64,000 nt of DNA from Octopus vulgaris (Eukaryota): NCBI GenBank assembly GCA_951406725.2, contig OX597820.1, positions 28,830,001 to 28,894,000 of the forward strand, read 5' to 3'. Of this stretch, positions 43,505 through 56,679 are shown one piece after another. Position 1 is the first letter of the stretch. Each line of letters opens with the position of its first letter. The notes beneath the pieces were generated by a model. The model worked only from the letters and a program-made list of their open reading frames with translations, did not search any database and had not been told where the DNA came from. A program made the translations under genes and the position numbers.

Positions 43505-43505
<1 letters not shown>
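42217..43505 (+). mobile_element. Full-length (~1.29 kb) mariner transposon, irritans-like
   Basis: TIR CGAGGGGCGTTCAATAAGTAATGCC / GGCATTACTTATTGAACGCCCTCG inside (TA)n; DD34D transposase within. Confidence 0.95.
42383..43433 (+). pseudogene. Mariner transposase pseudogene
   Basis: MEPVECRAVIRFLYLK* (premature TGA), WIPRLL, ITQDE, LLQDNAP, PHPP-SPDLAPSDFHLFP, YVEKD*; frameshifts near 42880 and 43215. Confidence 0.93.
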
Positions 43506-43556
<51 letters not shown>

Positions 43557-44189
43557 TCGCAAACACGTAGCCACTCACAAGTAAACACATTTATGTACGT
43601 ATGTACGTATATATACAGTGTCAGACGGAGAGTGAAGGAAATCAGACATCTTTCTGCATAAAATATTCAGTTTCATTTTCTTACGTCAGTTTCTGTAATA
43701 ACGAGTGAATATCAGTAGGAAACAGAAATGATAATCACTTTTACGCTAATTAAATAGGCGTAAAATGATGCAACAAAATGATATCTAAAGAAACTAAAGG
43801 AAATCCTGTTTTGCTTTTGTTTTTCTTATATGTACTCTGTGACCTATCCAACTGTGGATTCCAACCAAAGAATACACTAGCGGTAACACGAGTCTTCTTC
43901 TCTCTTTCCATTTTGGCATACGTTTTAAGTGTTGATTATTTGTGGTGCATACGCAAGCTCAAAAGGCAAACACGCTTAATCAGATGTTTAAAGATATAAT
44001 CTGCCAAAGGTTCTTTCAAAATATGTAAAGTATCCATGTTCAGCTTGTATTTAGATCCGCACATGCAATGTTTATCGGTAATTACACATACGTATGTGTG
44101 TACGCATATAGATATGGATATACAGACAGGTACATATACATACATACGAATGTACGTACATACATGCATACATACATAATACATATATA

Positions 44190-45631
44190 CAGTTGCGGCC
44201 AAAATGTTCAGAACGGCATTGTTTTCGTCAGAAAAGTAAGTATAAGTTTTTATCAAAGTAGTTTTATATTCTATAATTTTCACAGACTATACATACAATA
44301 TTAATTGTTATTGTCTGGGATTTTGGTGTAATTTGAGAGGATAATACAAAAGTGACATATGATTTAGTGATTTACTGCAAAACCCATGGCGGCCAAAATG
44401 ATCAGAACGGTTGAAAAAATAACAAAATAATCAAAAATGACAGAGAATACTGGAATTATTTCATATTTAGTGTGAAGCCCTTTAGCTTCAATCACACTCT
44501 GACATCTTCGACTGCATGAAGAAATTAAATTTTCAATTTCTTGCTGGGTGATCTTATTACATTCTTCCTGAAGGGCATTCCATAATTGCTCAGTTGTTTT
44601 AGGATTTCTGGCTTTCGAACGTTCTCCTAAAATATTCCATACATTTTCAATAGGATTGAGATCTGGGCTTTGAGCAGGCCAATCCATAACAATAACCTTT
44701 TCAGCCTTGAGGAAGTTCATGGCCACCTTAGCCTTGTGACATGGGGCATTGTCCTGCATGAATATGTGTGGTCGCTTAGTTGAATTTCTCAGCACAGGCA
44801 AGACATGATCTTTTACAAATAGCATAAACTTAGATTCATCACTGAAATGCACCGTTTGCCATTTTTCTTGAGACCACAACACATGTTCGGTTGCAAAGGT
44901 AAGACGACACTTTTTATTCGTGGAGCTGATCAGTGGCTTCACTGCAGGTGCTCTTGCTTGTAGGTCATGTTCAACTAAACGATGGGACACAGGTTTTCGA
45001 GATAAAGTTCTCTTCAATACAATGCTCATTTTCCGAGAAACAGCAGTAGCAGTTTTAAATCTGTCCTTTTTAACCAACTTTACCATAGCACGATCTTCTC
45101 TCTTGGTCGTTTTTCTTGGCCTACCTGTAAACTTTCTTGCTTCACACGAACCACAATCATTGTAGACCTTAAGAATACCGTGTACAACACTTTTTGACTT
45201 GTTAACAATCTTTGCAATAGATCCAATACTTAAATTAGCCTTCCTTCGAAGCTTAATAATCTGCTGACGAATTGTTAACGGAGTAAGTAGCATTATATTA
45301 ACAAAGTACACTGCAAATATTCTTACTAATGTTTAGTAAACGAACCGTCACGTAAACAAATTCAAAACATTAGAGTTCGCCGGTTAAATATACTAAAACA
45401 CGGAGTAAAAGCAACCGTTCTGATCATTTTGGCCGCCATGGGTTTTGCAGTAAATCACTAAATCATCCATAACTTTTGTATTATCCTCTCAAATTACACC
45501 ATAATCTCAGGGAATAACAAATAATATCGTATTGTCTGTGAAAATTATAGAATATAAAACAACTTTGATAAAAAATTATATCTACTTTTCTGACGAAAAC
45601 AATGCCGTTCTGAACATTTTGGCCGCCACTG
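44190..45631 (-). mobile_element. Tc1-family transposon with ~220-bp IR/DR-type TIRs
   Basis: TA-CAGT...ACTG-TA ends; TIRs 44190-44411 and 45413-45631, each with two GCGGCCAAAATG(T/A)TCAGAACGG direct repeats. Confidence 0.95.
44364..45311 (-). CDS. Tc1 DD34E transposase, open ORF with an internal in-frame deletion
   Basis: HTH region, GRPRKTT, FSDESKF, FMQDNAPCH, WPAQSPDLNPIENVW, GLHTKY; the segment between FSDESKF and the second Asp (normally containing GGxxMVWG) is missing. Confidence 0.85.
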   Translation of the reverse strand: MYFVNIMLLTPLTIRQQIIKLRRKANLSIGSIAKIVNKSKSVVHGILKVYNDCGSCEARKFTGRPRKTTKREDRAMVKLVKKDRFKTATAVSRKMSIVLKRTLSRKPVSHRLVEHDLQARAPAVKPLISSTNKKCRLTFATEHVLWSQEKWQTVHFSDESKFMLFVKDHVLPVLRNSTKRPHIFMQDNAPCHKAKVAMNFLKAEKVIVMDWPAQSPDLNPIENVWNILGERSKARNPKTTEQLWNALQEECNKITQQEIENLISSCSRRCQSVIEAKGLHTKYEIIPVFSVIFDYFVIFSTVLIILAAMGFAVNH

Positions 45632-46138
45632 TACATACATACATTCAAAACTATTATATTTGATGATCAAATTTTATAAGCAAGGCAGTAAAGAAGAAGG
45701 AAGGAGGAGGGGGACACGCGGCGGAGAGAGAGAGGAGGAGTGGGACGGAGACAGAGTGAAGAAGTTAAAGCAAAGGGAGAGAATTCCGCATCTTAAATAT
45801 AATAATATAAAAATATAAAAAGGAACCAAGAAGTGGAACGAAACGACGAATCGGAACGAACCTGATGCGGGGCGCTGTCAGACAATAAGGTGATAAATAA
45901 AAATATATGCATACATACAAACATATATGTACGTACCTACATCTACATGTATATATACATGCATATATAAATAATTATACGTGAGTACAGGACATCACAA
46001 TAAGACGTAGAAACGGAAAAAACAAAAAAACAAAAAACAAGAAAACGAAAAACATTTACAGTACGAGCTACACAAGGACAAAACCCTCGTCATCGGCTGT
46101 CGCTAGTGGAGTCAGGCATGTTTCGAAGGCAGAGACAG

Positions 46139-46236
<98 letters not shown>

Positions 46237-46248
46237 ATATATATATAT

Positions 46249-46612
46249 TCCGGGTTCAGTCCCGCTGCGTGGCACGTTGAGCAAGTGTCTTCTGCTATAG
46301 CCTCGGGCCGACCAAATCCTTGTGAGTGGATTTGGTAGACGGAAACTAAAAGAAGCCCGTCGTATATATGTATATATATGTATGCGTGTGTGTGTTTGTG
46401 TGTCTGTGTTTGTCCCCCTAGCATTGCTTGACAACCGATGCTGGTTTGTTTATGTCCCCGTTACTTAGCGGTTCGGCAAAAGAGACCGATAGAATAAGTA
46501 CTGGGCTTACAAAAGAATAAGTCCAAGGGTCGAGTTGCTCGATTAAAGGCGGTGCTCCAGCATGGCCGCAGTCAAATGACTGAAACAAGTAAAAGAATAA
46601 AAGAAATAAAGA
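46249..46612 (+). mobile_element. SINE family A (5'-clipped, little diverged)
   Basis: CCGGGTTCAGTCCC...GTGAGTGGATTTGGTAGACGGAAACT...GCGGTGCTCCAGCATGGCCGCAGTCAAATGACTGAAAC. Confidence 0.85.
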
Positions 46613-47052
46613 AAAATTGTCATGTTATAAAACTGAACCAATTGCTTGAATATTCGGTATCGTGAAACTTAGAGTAACGCTACAAGGAGCCTTTGACATT
46701 GAGTACTTTTCTCACTTGCTAAACTGAAATAGTTTTAAACTCAGAAATACGCGCGTGTGCACGCACACACATACACACATACACACAAGTGCACATAAAT
46801 ATATATGTGTTTGTATATGTATATAAATAGACATTAACGGAGAGAAATAGACAGACAGCGACATGCATACACACACACACACTCACACATGCATACACAT
46901 ATACATACATATATACATACATACATCTATATATATATAGCTATATATAGATATAAGCGCATACGTCAGTGGGCGTTGTGTGTGAGTACATTTTAAAAAG
47001 ATTAAATTTGATCGTCTTTAAGCAAGTATGTGATGGTGCATTAATGTGTGTG

Positions 47053-47095
<43 letters not shown>

Positions 47096-47119
47096 GTATG
47101 TATATATGTATGTATTATG

Positions 47120-47162
<43 letters not shown>

Positions 47163-47223
47163 ATATATATGTACGTATGTATGTATATATGTATATGTAT
47201 GTATATATGTATATACGAACATT

Positions 47224-47289
<66 letters not shown>

Positions 47290-48010
47290 TATATATGTAT
47301 ATATGTATATATGTGTGTATATATATATATATATATACACATTCATACATGCATACGTCCATACGTCCATATATATGAGTAAATATACATGTACATTTGT
47401 ATGAGAATATTTCTGAAGCGATAATATGTAACTGTGTAAATGCGTTTAGAAGCTTTTGATGATTGTTGTTTTTCTTTTTCTTTCTTCTTTTTTTTCTTCT
47501 TTCTTGTTGTTGTTCTTATGTTTGTGTTTGTGTGCGAATGTAGTGCCTCGATTCCATCGCGGCCAAATTATAAAATGTTTCAGTTAACTACACAATTCAT
47601 CGACCGAATTCCTTTGGGGCAAAATATTTAATGAACACTGCAGAACGAAGAATCAAAATACAAATACAAATACAAAACAAAACAAAAGTTGTTAAGAATA
47701 TTAACAACAACATTTCTAATAACAACAACAGCAACGGCAACAACAACAACAATAACAACAACAAGTGTATGAACATCTTCAAGATAAAGCCTGTATTACT
47801 ATTTCCATTTAGCAGTGCTGTATTTTCTAATTAACTTACTTTTATGAAATTATAAATATACATAGATAGATAGATAGATAGATAGATAGGATACACACAC
47901 ACACGCACACACATACATATGTATATGTATAATACATATATATATAATATATAATTTCATATACAATATATATATATATATGTATATATATGGTAATATA
48001 TATATGTGTA

Positions 48011-48041
<31 letters not shown>

Positions 48042-48210
48042 TACCATATTGCATATATAATTATACACATATATAATCATATACGTAAACATATATATAC
48101 ATATATACATATATGTATTTTTGTATGTATTTACTTACATATCTAATATTTCATGTGCATATATGCAATATATGCATGTGCTTATGTATGTGTATATCTA
48201 TATCTATCTA

Positions 48211-48241
<31 letters not shown>

Positions 48242-49450
48242 CATATATATGTATATATCTGTATATATATATGTACATATATATATAATTTAAATACATA
48301 TATATAAATTAAATACACCTACACATACATGTGTGTGCTTGTGTGTGTGTGTGTATTTTTACATAGATACATAAGGATGAATAAAAGTGTTAGCTATGTA
48401 GGTGTGGTAAGTGGTGATGATGTGGGTGGTGACGTGTCGTAATGTTGTTGTGGATGGTAATGTGTGGGAGTGTTGTTGGAGTGTTTGATATGAATGTGGC
48501 TCTAGTCATGGTGGTGTTGTCAATAGTTGTGATGGTAATGGTGGTGGTGGTGGTGGTGGTGGTGGTGGACGTCGTCGTCGTCGTCATGGTGGTCGTGATG
48601 GCGGCGGCGGCGGCGGTGGTGGAAATAATGTTGGGGGGTGATAGTGATGATAGGGTTGGTGGTAATGACGGGGCTGGTGGTGGTGATGGTGGTGATGGTC
48701 GCCGTCACCATTGAGGTGATGGCGTTGTAGCATGTGTATACTCATAGATTCTCAAATCCAAAAATTCCTGCAGAACACAGAACATAGGATTTTATGCAAA
48801 ATTGCTTCCATACCCCACAAAAACAAAACCTGAAGGGACCTCTGTATGTTCCACGCTAAATAAAACTTATTCCTAATTTGATGTATAAATTTATAAAATC
48901 CAAAATTTCCTTTATCCTATTCTATTGTTAATTCGTTACATTATTTGGTAAGACAGAGAGCTGGCAGGCTCGTTAGCGTGTAGGACAAAATGCATAGCGG
49001 GAATTCTTTCGGCTCTTTACTGCGTAGGCTTCAAATCCCGATCGTGTTCGACTTTTCCTTTTACCCTTTCTGGGACGATAAGACTAGTAACAGTTGAGAA
49101 CTAGCGTTGTTATTCACGAACCCCTTTCTACTATGATGGCTAGCCTTGCTAGCCTTGTTTCAAAAATTCACATCGATTATAATTTTTTTATAATTAAGCT
49201 GCCGAAGTGACAGAATCGTGAGAGCGTCGCACAAAATGTGTAACGTGATTGTAGCATAATGAATTCATGTCATGTATGTGACAACATAGCTGACTCTGGA
49301 ATTATTGTTCTGAATATCTCTTCGGCTTCATATAGAGACCAAAATTTAAGGAGTGAAACTTTGGAATGTTGGTATATTGTCGTAAATTTACTGTCAAAAC
49401 CCACAAGCAGAAATTTGTATAACCAGGAAAATTGACTTCATATCATTCAA

Positions 49451-49670
49451 GACGGCGAGCTGGCAGAAACGTTAACACGCCGGGAGAAATGCTTAGCGGT
49501 ATTTCGTTCTGAGTTCAAATTCCGCCGAGGTCGACTTTGCCTTTCATCCTTTCGGAGTCGATAAATTAAGTACCAGTTACACACTGGAGTCGATGTAATC
49601 GACTTAATCCGTTTGTCTGTCCTTGTTTGTCCCCTCTATGTTTAGCCCCTTCTGGGTAATAAAGAAATAA
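49451..49670 (+). mobile_element. SINE family D (Nin/Deu-like core)
   Basis: GGCGAGCTGGCAGAAACG...GAGTTCAAATTCC...GCCTTTCATCCTTTCGGAGTCGATAAATTAAGTACCAG; older copies at ~48955, ~58240-58560, ~25220 and ~12085. Confidence 0.8.
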
Positions 49671-49939
49671 GAATGTCAGCTATTTTGTTCTTTACCCAAT
49701 TTGTTAGTAGACGAAATACAATCGAACTAGGTTTTTCATTGCTGAGACTCCAGACTCAACGTCTGTAACAACTGACAGAGGGAACACATGAACATTATTA
49801 TTCATTCACTGGTCTCACCGATTTCACTCGGGTTATGCAATCAAGTATATTAATTGCCCATATGTAGACCAGTGGTAATTTTATCATTCAGAACATACCC
49901 AGGCTCACACACAAATAAATCAATTCATTCAAACAGACA

Positions 49940-50172
49940 CATTGTTTGTTCCTTCTCGAGCCATGTCTGGTTCATAAGGGCCGGTTTCCCGGTTTCCCGG
50001 CACGTCGCAGGTGAGCGAAAGAGTCAGCGGAAGTTCGCCATTACCTTCTGCCGGAGCCGCGTGGAGCTTAGGTGTTTCGCTCATAAACACACACATCGCC
50101 CGGTCTAAGATTCGAACCCGCGATCTCTCGACCATGAGTCCGCTGCTCTAACCACAAGGCGATGTGCCTCCA
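49940..50172 (-). mobile_element. SINE family C
   Basis: Reverse complement of the 13621-13915 family. Confidence 0.8.
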
Positions 50173-50399
50173 CTACACAAACACATGCTCTCGCCTATAT
50201 ATGTCACGGAGCAAACGAATTACTCCAATAAAATATTTATTCCACAATTAACCTGTTTTGTGTTCTCTCCGTCTGAGAGGAGTAGCCTTAACTACAGCTT
50301 ATCCAGTGAAATACATTCATGCATACATACATACATACATACATACATACATACATACATACATACATACATACATACATACATACATCCTTTTATTCT

Positions 50400-50690
50400 T
50401 TTATGTGTTTTAGCCCAAAGGTTGTGAGCATAAAGGGCCACACTCGATGTTATCGCCTTTTCAATGGCAATTGTTATTTGATTGGCTTTTAGTGAAAGAC
50501 AGAGTTCGAAATTGCTGCCCTCTTCTGACTTTCTTGCCATGAGGTAAGTTCATCTGGGATCTTGGACAGCAGGTGGTGAAGTTGTTTGTTAAAAACATCT
50601 ACCCCTACTCCATGTGGTAATCTTAGATATTTTAGCAAGGTATTAAACAGCTATAGGCTCTTAAATCCCAAGCAGTGGGAGTACATGATC
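50400..50690 (-). mobile_element. CR1-like LINE 3' end
   Basis: LGFKSL*LFNTLLKYLRLPHGVGVDVFNKQLHHLLSKIPDE resembles the CR1 ORF2 C-terminus. Confidence 0.55.
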
Positions 50691-51179
50691 CACACGCTAG
50701 GCGGAATGGACGGAACATTTGAAACTGTGCAGTGACTTCATCAGTAGCAAGCAAAACAGATTTAGTTTCTACTCTGCGTCCCTTGGGTGTCGAAATCACG
50801 AAGATATCCGTCCGTTAGATAACTGATGATAGAGATTCTCTAGTTGTGCTTAACTGGATTTCCTTGTAATTATGACTTTCTGCCTGATAATATCCGCTGC
50901 TTTTTTGGTTGTTTTTTTTACTTCCATATTCTTTGATGCTTGTCTTGTTCTAGTGTTTATTACAGGGATTATATATATTGTTAGATCATATCTGATCCTA
51001 GATGGAGTTAGTTGCGAAATTAGATATAGTTTTGCCCACACTGTCTCTAAATAATTATGGTTTAGCATGAACGTGTTGTCGTTATAAGGCGAGAATAAAA
51101 AATACACATTATCTATCTATCAATCTATCTATCTATCTATGTATCCATGTATCTACCTATCTATCTATCTATCTATCAA

Positions 51180-51221
<42 letters not shown>

Positions 51222-51357
51222 GAGAGAGAGAGAGAGAGAGAGAGGAGGGAGAAAGAGAGCGAGAGTGAAAGACAGACAGACAGACTGACATATAGACAGG
51301 CAGGCAGGCAGACAGGCAGACAGGCAGACAGGCAGGCAGGCAGACAGAAAGACAGAC

Positions 51358-51441
<84 letters not shown>

Positions 51442-52189
51442 TGATAGATATTATACAGATATATATGCATAGTATGTATGTGTGTGTGTGTGTGGGTATG
51501 TTGACATATGTTATGCATCAATAGAAGGAGTGTCTAAATTAAAAGATGGATAAGGAAATATTAATAAATAAAGAAGGGGAGAAAGAATAGGAGAGATGGT
51601 GTAACATTTTTCTAACATACACTACTTTTTTTGCGCCGAAACAACAATGAAAGATCCGGTTGAGAAAATTAATTCTTTCATATATTAGTATAGATACATG
51701 AACCCAGTTCATCCGCTAACCTCACGAATATTCATCGATTAATCATGACGCTGAGTTTTCGAAAGCACGACATAATGTCTTCTCTTATAGATACCAGGTC
51801 ATTTGCAGAATGCCAAATAACTGCCATAAAAACGCAGCAATAATTTCTAGCCATGTAGAAACAGAAAATTACAATTGTCGCTAATATCCCAGGATACTCT
51901 ACGTTAGATAAATTTTCGTGTGACAAGTCATTATTATAGATTATGTTTGTACGTACACTGATATTATAAAACTAAGTCCAAAATGTTTCTGCTAGTCTGC
52001 CGGGAGATATTCTCTCGATAAGAAAATAGTATCAACTATATCTCACTTAAATAATAGGCACCTAACTTTGAAATAACTATATGTACACATTGAAGATTGT
52101 GGTCCTTAATATGGCATGTCAGAAAACAGAGCTATGGTCAAGACCAACATACATTTCTGTTGTTGCCGTTGCCATTAGTACTGCCATTC

Positions 52190-52191
52190 CT

Positions 52192-52267
<76 letters not shown>

Positions 52268-52434
52268 CAGTAGTAGTAGTAGTAGGAGGAGGAGGAGGAG
52301 GAGGAGGAGGAGGCGAAGGCGGGGGAGGAGGCGAAGGCGGAGGAGGAGGAAGGAGAAGATGAGAAAGAGGAGGAAGAGGAGGAAGGGGAAGATGAGAAAG
52401 AGTAGGAGGAAGATTGGTGTTGGTGGTGGTGGTG

Positions 52435-52478
<44 letters not shown>

Positions 52479-52480
52479 TG
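52190..52480. repeat. (GTA)n/(GGA)n/(GGT)n trinucleotide cluster
   Basis: Read directly from sequence. Confidence 0.95.
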
Positions 52481-52619
52481 GGAAGGCTGTTGCTGCTCTT
52501 AGGGTTAGATAGCACCTCAGCTGTCCGACCCCTTGGTTTCGCATTGACCTCCCACTGGGCATCTGTTGGAGTCTCTTTGTGAGCATCCCGCTTCTGCTTG
52601 TGGTCTGGAGATGTTTATT

Positions 52620-52752
52620 AAAGTTTAACGCTCGGGAAGGTGAGAAAGTCTTTTACGTTTCGAGCCTAAGCTCTTCAACAAAAAGGAACACGAGAAAATA
52701 AACAGAGAGAGAGGATAAAAAAGGCTTTAGTGGCTAGCGGTCGATCATGGCG
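52620..52752 (-). mobile_element. Solo PLE terminal-repeat fragment with HHR-like motif (52650-52685)
   Basis: Homologous to 2565-2693; minus strand CTTT-TTGTTGA-A-GAGC-TTAG-GCTC-GAA-ACGT-A-AAAG. Confidence 0.75.
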
Positions 52753-52807
52753 ATATATATATATATATATATACCTCGCTCAGAGATTTATCATTGCTTA
52801 TATATAT

Positions 52808-52921
52808 ATAAAGATTAATGTAAAAAATAAATAACGCAGAAAGCAAAGTAACGGCAAATATATAGTGCGTGTGCTTGTATTGGCTAAACTGGCAAAATGA
52901 CCATTCCTAAATCCAACAATA
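52808..52921 (+). mobile_element. 3' tip of the PLE family found at 34953-35060
   Basis: AAGATTAATGTAAAAAATAAATA...TATTGGCTAAACTGGCAA.ATGACCATTCC is the reverse complement of 34955-35062. Confidence 0.7.
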
Positions 52922-53779
52922 TATATATATATGTATTCACAACGGACTACTACAGAGTCTGTCTCTACCTATGTATTGCATTTACAAGACAATCAGACCA
53001 GGCCTATAGTGGAAGGTACTTGCCCAAGTTTCCGCATAGTGGTATTCAGTTCAAAACCACTTGATTGAAAAAAGAACTTCTGAAGCACACAATCATGCTT
53101 TCTATGTTAAAGATCGAAATGGATTTCATTGTATATCTACTCGAAAAGGGATGTCTAGTCATTAAACAACCATAAAAGGATTGCGTGATAGTGTCTTAAA
53201 AAGACAGGGTTTCGTTCAGTAGTTTATAGAAACCCGTGTATTTAGGATAGTGGTGCAGTTAAACCAGCAAGTCTTTGAATGGTAAGAATCTCGATGACAT
53301 AAAGTGCTTGATCATTAAGAATTCAATTGCAACAGCTGGAATTATGCGGTAGTTTATCAGTATTATAAGTACAGAAGAGCGAGGCTTTAAATTACAAATA
53401 TTTACAATGTGTATAGGGTTTTAATACACAAACTAAACCAATATTTGTGGGCGCTGAGAAGTTATTAAAACTGACAAAAAAAGGTACGAATTGAAAAGTT
53501 ATTGAGATTGCCTCAAACACGAAACACACAAAAGAAAAAATAGGAAAAAAAACAAACTAATCTGATATTGTAATAAAGACGCATTTGTGATAATATAAAG
53601 AGAAATGTACGTGTAGGAAAGCTTAAATAGGCGCACGCAGACATACACTCACATACACATACACATACACATAAAACGAAGATTAAACGACCCTACGAAA
53701 ATAGGAAATGCGGCATTACTTGAAAAGGAAGAAGTGGGGTGGAGTAGAGAAACATGCCTTAACTTCGCTGTCGCAATGA

Positions 53780-53852
53780 AAACAACAGCAAAAGTAACAT
53801 TGATAATAACAGCAATAATAATAATAATAATAATAACAATAATAATAACGAC

Positions 53853-53911
<59 letters not shown>

Positions 53912-53970
53912 TGATGATGATAATAGTAATAACAACAACAACAACAATAATAATAATAATAATAATAATA

Positions 53971-54042
<72 letters not shown>

Positions 54043-54355
54043 GTAATAATGTTGTTATTGTTATCGTCATCGTCGTTGGCATCATTCTCAACAGCAAAAT
54101 CTTCATCGTCGTCATCGTCATCATAATCACCATCATCATTATTATTTTTTTATGGTTTTTGTTATTGTTGTTGTTGTTGTTGTTGTCGTCGTTGTTACCG
54201 TTCGGGGCGTGTTGCTGACGTAAAGTTCCTAAGAATATTTATATAATAAGGATTATTACGAGTACATTAAGCAGTTGGCAAGAAAAGAGGAAGCAGAAAA
54301 TAATAATGATAATAATAACAATATTAATAATAATAATAATAATAATAATAACAAT

Positions 54356-54441
<86 letters not shown>

Positions 54442-54460
54442 TAATAATAATAATAACAAT

Positions 54461-54537
<77 letters not shown>

Positions 54538-54661
54538 TAATTCAATAACAACGACAACAGCAACAACAAAAATAATAACAATAATAATAAAAACTAATAA
54601 TTATAACAGCTACAGCAGCAACGATAATAATAACAATAATAATAACAATAATAATAACGAC

Positions 54662-54712
<51 letters not shown>

Positions 54713-54897
54713 AACACCAGGACTTACAAACACATATATCATACAGAAAATTGCACTACTAGGCACTGCACACATCCTACGCAGAGCACTTTCCATACAA
54801 TAACCATCAGAGCATCACAACAAATCACAGCACATACCCAAGGCACACAGAGCTGCGCTCGGTAGTGAAGTGAAAGCACGCTATAAAAATAAAACTA

Positions 54898-54928
<31 letters not shown>

Positions 54929-55012
54929 CAGTAACAACAACAGCAACAACAACAACGACAATAATAATAATAATAGTAATACAGTAACAACAACAACAAC
55001 AACAACAACAAC

Positions 55013-55050
<38 letters not shown>

Positions 55051-55170
55051 CAACAACAACTGCAGCAACAATAATAATAACAATAATAATGACAATAATA
55101 TTAATAATAATGATGATGATGATGATACAATAACAACAACAGCTATAGCAATAACCCCATAACAATGATA
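53780..55170. repeat. (TAA)n/(CAA)n trinucleotide field
   Basis: Read directly from sequence. Confidence 0.95.
54708..54900 (+). mobile_element. Extreme 3' end of a Dong/R4-clade retrotransposon inserted in (TAA)n
   Basis: TKTPGLTNTYIIQKIALLGTAHILRRALSIQ* (the QKxxLLGTAxILR C-terminus typical of the R4 clade) plus a ~100-nt 3' UTR, with (TAA)n on both sides. Confidence 0.8.
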
Positions 55171-55562
55171 AAATATAAACGAAGTTATCTGCTTATCTGC
55201 ATGCAGTTTCTGAAGTATTCGTCAATCATTTTCTAAAGTACGACTTTATTGTTTTCAATGGCTTTCGTTTCAAAATTCTCGTTATATGTTCGCTCTCTTT
55301 TTTTCTCTCTCCCGTTCTCCTCTCTCTCTCTCTCTTTCGCTCTCTCTCACACTTTCTGTTTATATATGTGTGTATGTATGTGTGTCTGTATGTGTCTGTC
55401 TGTGTGTGTGCGCGCACACGCGTGTGTATATGTATATATACATTAATATATATGTATATATATATATATGTATGTATATGTGCATATATATATATGTATA
55501 TATATATACATATACGTATATATACATATATATATATATGTATATAAATACATATATATATG

Positions 55563-55639
<77 letters not shown>

Positions 55640-55722
55640 ATATGTATACATATATATGTGTGTGTGTATCACTTTCTCTCTCGCTTCCTAATGTCTCTCT
55701 TCCTCTCTCTCTCTCTCTCTCG

Positions 55723-55766
<44 letters not shown>

Positions 55767-55869
55767 CTATATCATTCACTCTTTTTTTACCTTTCTCAGT
55801 ATCTATCAGTCTCTCTCTTTCCCTTTCTCTCATCCTTCTACTTCTCTCGATTTTCTTCCCCTTTCCCTC

Positions 55870-55932
<63 letters not shown>

Positions 55933-56201
55933 CTAGCCATCTCCATTATGTAATCTTTCCTCCTTGCATCTCTCCTTATTTCTTGCCTATTGTATATGCC
56001 ATGATATTTGTTTCGTCTTGTTTTCCCTTATATTCTTCAGAGCTCTTTCAAACCACCTTTTGCTTTCATTTTCTGTCACCGTTGCTTCCACCCTGCCACG
56101 CTGCCATTCTGCTTATGCTGCTGCTTACAATAAAATCTATGACTTTAAAAGGAGTTCCTTATCATTCATGGATAATGACTCTGATACTGATCGAGTTGAA
56201 T

Positions 56202-56259
<58 letters not shown>

Positions 56260-56369
56260 CAGTTATCGTCGTTGTAGTATGACTTGTAGTAATGCTGGTA
56301 GTGGTGGTTGTGTTGATACTAGTAGTAGTAGCAGTCGTAGAGTTGGTATTGGTAGTAGTAGTAGTAGTT

Positions 56370-56415
<46 letters not shown>

Positions 56416-56434
56416 CAGCAGTAGCAGCAGCAGC

Positions 56435-56484
<50 letters not shown>

Positions 56485-56679
56485 CAACAGTAGCAGTAGT
56501 GGTAGTGGTGGTGGTGGCGGTGGTGGTGGTACTTCATTCTTCTTTTTTAGCATCCTCTCCCCACCTATCTCTCTCCTCTTTTGCTTTGCCTTAGTGATGT
56601 TTATGGTGATGGTGATGATGAGTTTCGATGATGACAATGACAACGTCGAGGACGACGATGATGATAGATAGATAGACAA

